NCBI GenBank assembly: GCA_902496295.1
Contig: CABVAF010000002.1
Location: 67,503 to 131,502, forward strand
Length of the DNA: 64,000 nucleotides
Reading direction: 5' to 3'
Origin: an uncultured Clostridium sp.
GTDB lineage: Bacteria; Bacillota; Clostridia; TANB77; CAG-508
Part shown: positions 27,983-37,900 of the stretch, one piece after another
Numbering within the stretch: position 1 is the first letter of the stretch
Layout of the letters: each line of letters opens with the position of its first letter
Made by a program: the position numbers and the translations under genes
Notes under the pieces: generated by a model
Seen by the model: only the letters and a program-made list of their open reading frames with translations
The model's database searches: none
What the model was told of the DNA's origin: nothing

Positions 27983-29767
27983 TTAATCTTCTATCCTTTG
28001 ATAAAATACGAAATTATCATCGCTATATAGTTCTATATAATTATCATTTCTTGATACAAACATATTTAATTTTGAATTTTTTCTTATTAAAACATGTGTT
28101 ATATCATATTGTTTAAATTTATCTTCATAGTAGACACCAATGTTTGACGTATTTATATAATCCGAGAAAATATCTCTTCCATCATACTTACCATTTTCTT
28201 GTTTCTCTCCATTAAATTGTGGTGTATATAAATCCGCTCTTGAATCTACAAATACAGGTATTCCTCTAAATAATAAATAACTACCATAATTATACTCATT
28301 ATAAATTTTCATACTTTCTAAATCCACATTTTCTAAAATGTAGTCTGCCGCTTGTACAGGATATGTATTTTCGTCTACAAATTTACTATTTAATTTCGGT
28401 TTTAATATATTAAAACTAATTAATATTACTACTAAAATCGTTATTGCTTTACCATATATAGTATTTATTGACTTTAATAGCTTTTCTTCTCCTCCTGCAT
28501 CATATTTATCAAAAAAGCTAGCAACAATTCTTGCAAAGACAATTCCTCCTATAATATCAAACATAGATGCCTGTCTTCTAGACATAAAAGACAAATATAA
28601 AAGCCCCCCTAGCATAAATAAGTCGCTTAGTTTTATTTTTGTGTCTGTAAATGTTATTAATCCTAAAACTAAAATTATACAAATTATCATTTCTGTATTA
28701 TTAATTAATGTAAGAGGTTGATGTTCGCTTATATTATCCATTGTATTACCTTGCATTGTCTTTGATAAATATGTATACGGTGTATCTCCAAGTGGCGTCA
28801 AAAGCCCCGTGAAGGCACATATTATCATAATTAATATTAGCCATTTAACTGCATCTTGTTTTTCTATTATTATTTTATATGGATTATTTCTTCTTTTTAA
28901 AGCATTTCTCTCAGATTTCTCTTGAGCTTTGTCTATCTCTATTAGTTTTTGTTTAATATCTTCAATTTTATCGTCTAAATTTTTTATAACTTTGTTGTTT
29001 ATTTTTGCTTTTTCTAATCTCTTTAGTTTAGTTTCTTTTAGCTTTTTATTAATTTTATACAATAACTTCGACCTGGTAATAAGTGCTATTATATATTGAG
29101 CTATATATGGTAAGTACAATACAAAATAAAATGGCCAAACTGCTACATGGAGATTAGCAATTAATATAGAAATAATTATTAATCCTACCGCATATCGTTT
29201 TTTCTTGGAAGATAAAAATTCCTCTATAAAAAGTACTGTTAATGCAAAAAGTATAAATGTAACAAGCTGAGCTCTTGCTGTAATGAAATTCTTTAGCAAA
29301 TACATTATTCCCATTGTAATTAAAAATGATGCTATATTATGCTTACTTACTTTTACACACGCCATATATATAACTAGTCCCAAAGTTACAGACAATAATA
29401 TTGTTAATATATATATAGCTGCAAATCCACCAATTCCTACATTTTCCCCTAGTTGATATACTAAATAAGTTCCAACATCATATAGCCAATGTGGGTATGT
29501 ATATGGTAAATCTTCATGCCATGAAAAGTGGTCTTTCATATCTATTGTACCAGTTTCTACAATATCTTTTCCTATTGCAATTGTATAATATGTATCATTT
29601 TGAAATGTAACTGGTGTTAATGCAATACTAAATATTATTATTGCAAAAATTGCTAAAATATTAAATTTGACCTTATTAATTTTTATACTCTTCTCGCTTG
29701 TTATATCTTCACTTTTTGTAGATTTTAAGCTTTCACTTTCTATATTTTCATTTTTATTTTTTTCCAT
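27983..29767 (-). CDS. Large polytopic membrane protein (possibly a GT-C-like glycosyltransferase) with internal coiled coil
   Basis: More than 10 TM helices, a ~60-aa K/E-rich helical insertion and a C-terminal soluble domain. No firm family recognised. Confidence 0.3.
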   Translation of the reverse strand: MEKNKNENIESESLKSTKSEDITSEKSIKINKVKFNILAIFAIIIFSIALTPVTFQNDTYYTIAIGKDIVETGTIDMKDHFSWHEDLPYTYPHWLYDVGTYLVYQLGENVGIGGFAAIYILTILLSVTLGLVIYMACVKVSKHNIASFLITMGIMYLLKNFITARAQLVTFILFALTVLFIEEFLSSKKKRYAVGLIIISILIANLHVAVWPFYFVLYLPYIAQYIIALITRSKLLYKINKKLKETKLKRLEKAKINNKVIKNLDDKIEDIKQKLIEIDKAQEKSERNALKRRNNPYKIIIEKQDAVKWLILIMIICAFTGLLTPLGDTPYTYLSKTMQGNTMDNISEHQPLTLINNTEMIICIILVLGLITFTDTKIKLSDLFMLGGLLYLSFMSRRQASMFDIIGGIVFARIVASFFDKYDAGGEEKLLKSINTIYGKAITILVVILISFNILKPKLNSKFVDENTYPVQAADYILENVDLESMKIYNEYNYGSYLLFRGIPVFVDSRADLYTPQFNGEKQENGKYDGRDIFSDYINTSNIGVYYEDKFKQYDITHVLIRKNSKLNMFVSRNDNYIELYSDDNFVFYQRIED

Positions 29768-29888
29768 AGTTTGCCTTTCTTTACTTTTAATTTGCTATAT
29801 TATATCAAAAAAGCACCTGCTAATACAAGTGCTTTTATTAGTTAATTTTGCCTAAATTTGTTATAAATACTTCGCTTTTCTTCGTTTA

Positions 29889-30770
29889 TTATCCATTAAT
29901 TTGTTTTGCAACTTCTTCTGCAAAATTTTCTTCTTTTTTAGCTAGTCCTTCACCTTTTTCAAATCTAACAAATCTATTTAATTTAGCTCCTTCTGATGCA
30001 ACTAATTTTCCTACTGTTGTATCTGGATCTTTAACAAATTCTTGGTCAACTAGGCATATTTCTGAATAAAATTTTCCAATTCTTCCTTGAACAATTTTTT
30101 CAGCTATTTGTTCTGGTTTTCCTTCATTCATAGCTTGAGCTTTTAATATTTCCATTTCTTTTTCTAATCTTTCAGCTGGAACAGCTTCTCTGTCTAAAAA
30201 TTCTGGTTTTGCAGCAGCAATTTGCATGCAAACGTCTTTTGCTAATGTTTCGTCTCCACCTGTAATGTCTAATAAAACACCAATTTTTCCTTCACCGTGG
30301 ATATAGCTTTCTACCATACCTTCTGTTTCAAATCTTTCAAATCTTCTAATAGACATGTTTTCGCCTATTGTAGCTATTTTATTTGTTAATACTTCTTGAA
30401 CTGTTTTGTCAGGCTCTGCCATAGATGTTTGTGCTAATAAAGCTTCTACATCTGCTGGATTTTTTTCTGCAACTTGTTTTACAACATCTGCAACAAATTG
30501 TTTAAATTCTTCGTTTTTAGCAACAAAGTCTGTTTCTGCATTAACTTCTACAACTGCACCTACTTTTTTATCTGCTGATACATATGCTGCAACTAATCCT
30601 TCTGATGCAATTCTATCTGCCTTTTTAGCAGCCTTTGCAATTCCTCTTTCACGCAATAATTCAATTGCTTTTTCTTCGTCTCCATTTGTTTCTGTTAAAA
30701 CTTTTTTGCAGTCCATCATACCTGCACCTGTTTTTTCTCTAAGCTCTTTAACTTGGCTTGCAGTAATCAT
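29889..30770 (-). CDS. tsf: Translation elongation factor Ts
   Basis: ITASQVKELREKTGAGMMDCKKVL UBA-like N-terminus. Lies downstream of rpsB. Confidence 0.95.
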   Translation of the reverse strand: MITASQVKELREKTGAGMMDCKKVLTETNGDEEKAIELLRERGIAKAAKKADRIASEGLVAAYVSADKKVGAVVEVNAETDFVAKNEEFKQFVADVVKQVAEKNPADVEALLAQTSMAEPDKTVQEVLTNKIATIGENMSIRRFERFETEGMVESYIHGEGKIGVLLDITGGDETLAKDVCMQIAAAKPEFLDREAVPAERLEKEMEILKAQAMNEGKPEQIAEKIVQGRIGKFYSEICLVDQEFVKDPDTTVGKLVASEGAKLNRFVRFEKGEGLAKKEENFAEEVAKQING

Positions 30771-30893
30771 TATAAAAACCTCCCTTTATTCATTTAAAAA
30801 GGCATTCTTAACAAATTTATACACTTTGAAACTATTGTTTCTTTGGTTAGAATTTGTTTTAAGAAATGCCTCCTTTATTATTAATTTTATAAA

Positions 30894-31673
30894 TTATTTA
30901 TTTTCTTCTGCAGCTACAACCTCTTCCATACTTTCTGGCTTAACTTCTTCTGCCATTTGTTCTTGTTCATCTACTTCTTGTTCCATAGATTCACCTTGTC
31001 TTCCTTCTATAACTGCATTTGCCATTACGTCCATTATTAATTTAACAGCACGAATAGCGTCGTCATTTCCTGGAATTGGGTAATCTACATCTTCTGGATT
31101 ACAGTTTGTATCTACTAAACCTATAACAGGTATTCCTAATTTTCTAGCTTCTAATATAGCTATTCTTTCTTTATTAGGATCTACTACAAACATAACTCCT
31201 GGTAGTTCTGTCATTTCTTTAATTCCACCAAGGTTCTTTTCAAGTTTTTCCATTTCTTTCTTTAAAAGAATTACTTCTTTTTTTGGTAAAACATCAAAAG
31301 TTCCATCTTCTTGCATTTTTTCAATATCTGTTAATCTTTTTACTCTGTTTCTAATAGTTTTGAAGTTTGTTAAAGTTCCTCCTAACCATCTTTGATTAAC
31401 AAAGTACATTCCGCATTTCTCTGCAGCTTCTTTAGCACATTCTTGTGCTTGTTTTTTAGTTCCTACAAAAAGAACTGTTTTTCCTTCTTCTGCTTGATTT
31501 TTTAGGAAATCATAAGCTTCGTCTAATTTTTTTGATGACTTTTGTAAGTCAATAATATGGATACCATTTCTAGCTTGGAATATATATTCAGCCATTTTAG
31601 GATTCCATCTTCTTGTTTGATGTCCGAAATGAACACCAGCTTCTAGTAATTGTTTCATTGCAACTACTGACAT
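30894..31673 (-). CDS. rpsB: 30S ribosomal protein S2
   Basis: [19 protein letters not shown] and [10 protein letters not shown] signatures. Confidence 0.95.
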   Translation of the reverse strand: MSVVAMKQLLEAGVHFGHQTRRWNPKMAEYIFQARNGIHIIDLQKSSKKLDEAYDFLKNQAEEGKTVLFVGTKKQAQECAKEAAEKCGMYFVNQRWLGGTLTNFKTIRNRVKRLTDIEKMQEDGTFDVLPKKEVILLKKEMEKLEKNLGGIKEMTELPGVMFVVDPNKERIAILEARKLGIPVIGLVDTNCNPEDVDYPIPGNDDAIRAVKLIMDVMANAVIEGRQGESMEQEVDEQEQMAEEVKPESMEEVVAAEENK

Positions 31674-31790
31674 TTTCTATTCCTCCTTTTAGTTAATTCC
31701 TCCATATAGCTTTATACACATAAACCAACTTGAAAGTATTTCAAGCACTATTTTATGCTAACTATATGTGTGTATTTTTCAACGCTTATT

Positions 31791-31820
31791 ATTATAACAC
31801 AAAAAGTGCTGCAATTGCAA
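31791..31820 (-). promoter_or_regulatory. Candidate rpsB-tsf promoter
   Basis: TTGCAA-18 nt-TATAAT on the minus strand. The -35 lies inside the upstream terminator palindrome. Confidence 0.45.
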
Positions 31821-31827
31821 CACTTTT
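31797..31827 (-). terminator. Terminator after the giant surface protease gene
   Basis: AAAAGUGUUGC-AAUU-GCAGCACUUUU (11 bp including one G-U pair) followed by UGUGUU. Confidence 0.55.
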
Positions 31828-31899
31828 ATTATATTTTATTTAGTTTTTGAACTCATAGTTCTTAAAATCTATACTTTTGAAAATCTTTTTGGAAATTGA

Positions 31900-31951
31900 G
31901 ACCTGTCCCCAATTTCTGTATTTCAGAAAAAATGACCTGTCCCTAATTTCT
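31900..31951. repeat. 18-bp direct repeat straddling the stop codon of the giant gene
   Basis: GACCTGTCCCCAATTTCT (31900-31917) and GACCTGTCCCTAATTTCT (31934-31951): 17/18 identical, 34 bp apart. Confidence 0.6.
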
Positions 31952-34900
31952 AATTTTATAATAGCGGATTGCAATAATTACTGCTGAAACGCCTAATATA
32001 CTAATTAGTATTAAAATTATATTTGATAAACCTGTTTGAGGTATAGGCTTTTTAGTTACAGTATTATCAACTGTATTATTTGTAATTACAACTGTTGTTT
32101 CTTTCTTTATTGTAAATGTAAATGGTTCTGTTGTGTCACTTACTGTTCCTACTTCGTTTACGGTTCTAAATATTATTGTTGTTGTTCCTTCACTACTTAT
32201 TACAACTTTTCCATCTTCTACTTTATGCCATGTCTTTCCACCATCTGTACTGTATTCGTGTTCTATATCACTCTCTGTTGGATCTCCTTCAACTTTTATA
32301 ACTACATCTTCATCTGTTGTGTCACCATTGTCAACGCTTGGAGTAATTGTTGGTGGATTTGGTTTTGAGTTGTCTAAATAAAATGCCTCACTTCTAATAA
32401 TACTTTCGTTTCCTAGCTTATCTTTTGCATAAATCCATAAGTATAATTTTCCTGTTTCTTCATCATTTATTATAGTATCTCCATTTTTAAATTTCTCTAC
32501 GAATTCATCTTTTTCTGGTGGCTCTTCTGAGTCAGTCCAAATATATAATAAGCTATCTTCATCTACTCCAGATGGATCTTCCACTTTTACTTCTGTTTCT
32601 TGAACCTTTTCATACTTTTTGTTTCCATTTGGTGTAAATGTTGCAGTAGGACCTGTTGTGTCTTTTTCTTTACTTTGTACTACAAAGCTTACATTAGCTG
32701 TATTTCCTGCTTCGTCTTCTACATTTATTTGATATACACCACTTTGTTTAAAAGTAATTTGTTCCATAAATGCCATTTCTTCTTCATATATATCTAATGA
32801 TGTATCTTGGTCATTTACTGTACTATAGGCATATTTTCTTCCGTCTTTTAGAACTTCTATTGTAACTTCGCTTGTTTTATCCATTATTACTGCTTTTATT
32901 TCTTCATATGTTTTGCCTTCTTCTACTCCATCTATAATTGGGTCATCATTGTCTAAATAGAACCCTTCACTTCTTTCTATTTTTACCTCGTTATCCACAT
33001 TTTTTGCAATTACCCACAAGTACCAAATTCCGCTTTCTTCATCTTTTGTTAAAGTATCATTGTTCGTTAATTTTTCTGTAATGTTTTCTTCTGTTATTCC
33101 TTCACTTTCTGTTGTCCATAAGTAATATAAACTATCTTCGTCTATTCCTATACTACTTCTAACTCTTACTCTTGTAGATTGTTCATTTTCATACTTGTCG
33201 TTTCCGTCTGGTATAAATTGAATTAATGGAATTCTCGTTACAACTTCTATTATCTCCATATCTGTTGTTTTACCTTCTGTTCCAACATTGTTTACTGCTC
33301 TTGCTAAGAATTCGTAGTCTCCGATTTCATCTAATACCAATGTTTCTCCTTTTGCTAAGTCGTTCCATGTTTTTCCGTTGTCTAAGCTATATTGATATTT
33401 TGCAATACCACTTGGACTAGAACTTCCACTTATATCTACATTTACTAAGTCATTTTCTGTATCTACATCTTTTGTTACTATTGGAGCCTCTGGAATTTCA
33501 TTATCTAAATAAAATGCTCCACTTCTTTGTAATACTTGTTTTCCTATGTTATCTTCTACATATACCCATAAATACCATGGTCCACTTTCTGTGTCTTTTG
33601 TTATATCTTCGTTATTTTCAAAATTATTAACTATTTCACCTTGTCCAACACCAGTTTCTTTTTGGCTCCATAAGTATCTTGCTATTTCTATTTCATTATT
33701 AGTATCTATAGAAACTTTTGTTGACTGTGATTTTGCATAAGTAGAATTTTCGTTAGGTGTTATTGTTACATTTAAAGGTGACTTATCTATTGTCACTTCA
33801 AACGCAGTATCTGATACCCTTCCTATTGTTCCAACATTGTTTACTGCTCTGGCTTTTATTTGATATCTGCCTGACTTTTCTACTATAACTTTTCCATCTT
33901 GACTTGCATCGTTCCAACTTCCGCCATTGTCTAAACTATATTGATATTTTGCTATTCCACTAGGGCTTGTACTTCCGCTTAGAGTAAATTCTAAGCTTTC
34001 GCTTATAACACTTCCTGCATCAGTATTTGAACTTATTGTTGGTGCATTAGGTATTTCATTGTCTAAATTAAAGCCTTCACTTCTTGCCATTTTATTTGCT
34101 CCTGCACTATCTACTGCATATACCCATAGATACCACATTCCACTTCCGGTATTCTTTGTTATAGTTTGATTATTATTAAAACTTTGTAAAAACTCTCCTG
34201 TTGTAACTCCATCTGCTTTTTGACTCCATAAGTATTTTAATCCATCACTTGCAATTCCTACTACTGATTCTACTTTTACTGATGTACTTTGAACTTTCGC
34301 AAATGTAGCGTTTCCACTTGGTGTAAATGTTATAGTTGGTCCTTCTTTATCTACTGTTATAATATATGCTTCTTTAGTTACTTCTCCTGCAGTTCCAACA
34401 TTGTTAACTGCTCTTGCTATAATCGTATAAACTCCTGTTGTATCTAATGTTACAGTTTCTCCTAAATTAACATCTGTCCAAGTACTTCCTCCATTTAAAC
34501 TATATTGATATTTTGCTATTCCACTCAAGCTACTACTTCCACTAATGTCAAATGTAACTTCTGTGCTACTTTTTCCTCCATTTTCTACACTTGCATTAAT
34601 ATTTGGAGCTGGTGGTATACCATTATCTAAGTAGAAGCTAGTTGTTTTTACTAAAGCCATATTTCCTTGTAAATCTTTTGCATATACCCACAAATACCAA
34701 TTGTTGCCACTTACGCCATCTATTGATATACTATCTCCATTCTTAAATGTTTTAGAATCTGGTAAGAAAGTATCTTCTGTTAAAACTTGTACACTTTGTG
34801 TCCATTTATATCTTAAAGAGCTTTCATCTAATCCTCTTTCATCTGTTACTGTTACTATTGTTGACTGAGTTTTTGCCCAAGTAGTATTTCCATTTGGATT

Positions 34901-37900
34901 AAATGTAACAGTTGGAGGAGTTGAATCTATTATAAAATTAATTATTGTGCTATGGTCAAACTCATCTGTTGCCTTAATTGTATACTCTCCATCTTCTGTT
35001 ATTTCGTCACCTTCTGTATATGGAACTTTTTCTCCATCTTTTGTAAGCTCAACTTCTGTATCTGTAGCATCTTCTATTATAGGAGTTGCTTTATCATAAG
35101 TTTTTCCTTCTTCTACTCCTTTAATTACTGGTGCTGTTTTATCTATCATTATTACATAAGGGTCTGATACTTCTCCTGTTCTTCCAACATTATTTACAGC
35201 TGCTGCATATATTGTATATATACCGTCTTTATTAAGTACAAATTCTCCCCCTATGTCTAAGTCTATCCATGAAACTTGGTTATTTAAACTATATTTATAT
35301 TTTCTAATTCCACTTGGACTTGAACTTCCTGTAATAGTTACAGTAGCATCTTCTCCTATATATACTCCATTTTCTGCATTACTATTAATTGTTGGTGCAG
35401 GTGGTATTTCGTTATCCAAGTAAAAACCTTCACTTCTTGTTATAGAAGTATTTCCAAGTTTATCTTTAGCTAGCGCCCATATGTACCATACTCCACTATC
35501 TGTGTCTTTTTCTACAGTTTCACTTTGTCTAAATGTTTCTGTAAATTCTCCTTCATCTGGAGTTTCTGTAGATTGGCTCCACATATAACGGAAGCTGCTT
35601 TCATCTAATTCTCCAGAATGTGTTACTGTAATTGTACTAGATTGAGCCCTTTTGTATAGTGTATTTCCATTTGGATTAAAATTAATTACAGGTGCTGCTT
35701 TAGTAATTGTTATTACATATTCTCCTGTGCTTTCTCCTTCTGTATCTAAATTATTTACTGCTCTTGCTATAATTCTATATGTTTTTTCTTCTGTAAGTTT
35801 AACTTTTTCTCCTTCAGTAACATCTATCCAATTTAGACCACCATCTAAACTATATTGATATTTCTTTATTCCACTTAATGCACTACTTCCACTAATAGAA
35901 AATTCTATATCTTGGTTAGTTGAAGTACCTGTTGGAACATCTGCACTAATTGTTGGTATAGTTGGCTTATCATTGTCTAAATAAAATGGATTACTCTTTT
36001 CTATTGTAGTGTTTCCTAATTCATCTTTTGCAATAACTACTAAATTATAATCATTTCCAGTTCCTTCGCTTATTGTAATTGTATCTCCTGTTGTAAATTC
36101 TGTTGCCCCAGAATTAAACAAACCTTCATATAAGTCTGTTGCATTACGTATCCATTTGTATTTTAAAGAAGTTTCATCTAAGTCACTATTAGCATCTATA
36201 ACTGTTACTTTCGTACTTTGAGATTTTCTGTATGTAGTATCTCCATTTGGAGCAAATGAAATAACTGGTCCAGTGCTATCTATTGTAAAATGAATTATTG
36301 TTTCATTTCCTAATTCATCTTCTACCTTTAATGTATATTCTCCATCTTCTGTAATTGGATCTCCTTTTCCATCTTTTATAGGATAATCTTTTTCTGGTTC
36401 ATCATCTTTTTGAATTGTTGCAACTACTTCTGTTTCATCTTCTACTGTTGGATTTGCTTCTCGATATGTTTCTCCTTCTTCTACTCCTCCTACTTTTGGA
36501 GCATCTTTATCTATTTTTATAATATATGTCGCGCTTTCAGCTCCTGTTAAACCAACATTGCTGACTGCTCTTGCTTTTATTTGGTAAGTACCACTTTTAC
36601 TAATTTCAATAGTTCCATTTACATCATTCCATGTAGTTCCATTATTTAAACTATACTGATATTTGGCAATTCCACTTAATGCTGTTGAACCATCTATAGT
36701 TATAATTGCATTATCTTTTGTATAAACATTATTTGCTGCATTACTTGTTATTGTTGGAGCTGTTGGTGGAGTATTGTCTAAATAAAATGCTTCTGTTCTT
36801 TTATATGTGGCATTTCCTTGTAAGTCTTTAGCCACAACCCATAGATACCAGTTATTTCCTGTGTCTGTACTATTAGAAACTACAGAATTATTTGTGTAAT
36901 AACTATCAAATTCACTATCTATTGGCTGAGATGTACTTTGTGTCCAAACATATCTTAAAGTAGAATTATTAACTCCACTTGAATCTGTAACCGTTACTTT
37001 TGTTCCCTGCACTCTTTGATATGTAGTATTTCCATTTGTCTCAAATGTTATAGTAGGACCTGCATTATCTGCATCTTTTGTAAATGCTTTTATACAAATA
37101 CTTGGGTTTTCTACTCCTCCTATACCTAATGTAGTAATATCTTGCCATGTACTATCTGCCCCTGTAGCAGAAATAAAACCTTCATTTGCGTTTGCAGTAG
37201 CTGTGTCCCATTTAGTACTTTCTGCAACTTTTGCCTCTAATGGTAATCTTGCTTGAGAACCATCTGTTGAAGAATACTTTACTATAACTGCAAATTGACT
37301 ATTTGTAAGAGTTATTGGATTTGTAATTTTTATTGTTTTATATTCTTCTTGTAGAACCAACCCACTAGCAACTTGAGTTGCTCCTGTTAAACTTAAAGTT
37401 CCTGTTGGATTAACATATACATCTACTGTTGTATTACCAACACTATGAACAGAAACCTCGCTTAAATACTCTGCTGCACTATCTTTTCTTGTAAATACAT
37501 TTGCTGCATATACAGATGTAAGTGGAACTTCATTTCCATTTAATCCAACATTTATATTAGAACCCAAAGTATCATATTGATAAATATTTTTATAATCTCT
37601 ATCTGATACTAAAACTGTACCAGTATTTTCTTTTTCTATCATAACATCTTCATATGAAATATAATAATAGCCTCCATTAAATCCTGTTCCATATGAATTA
37701 AGTACAAGCCATGCTCCATCTTTAGTTGGCCTATGAGATGCATTAAAGTTATCTTTTGAATAATTATCATCCCATCCAACTAATGTTACTAAATGGTCTG
37801 GTGTAATAGATGTATCATCACAATAATATGCTGTTGCAAGTATTGGAGATACATTATTAAAGAATTGTGTTTGGCTTGAGTTTGTATTTGCACTTACACC

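Noticed and set aside
30406-31083. 225-aa plus-strand ORF overlapping tsf and rpsB
   Set aside because: It is antisense to two universally conserved genes and is Ser/Ala/Thr-rich low complexity.
32000-37200. Periodic repetition in the giant gene, considered as a possible CRISPR array or satellite
   Set aside because: The periodicity is at protein-domain scale (about 250-800 nt) and the copies are diverged. The stretch is one continuous ORF, and there are no short identical direct repeats with unique spacers.
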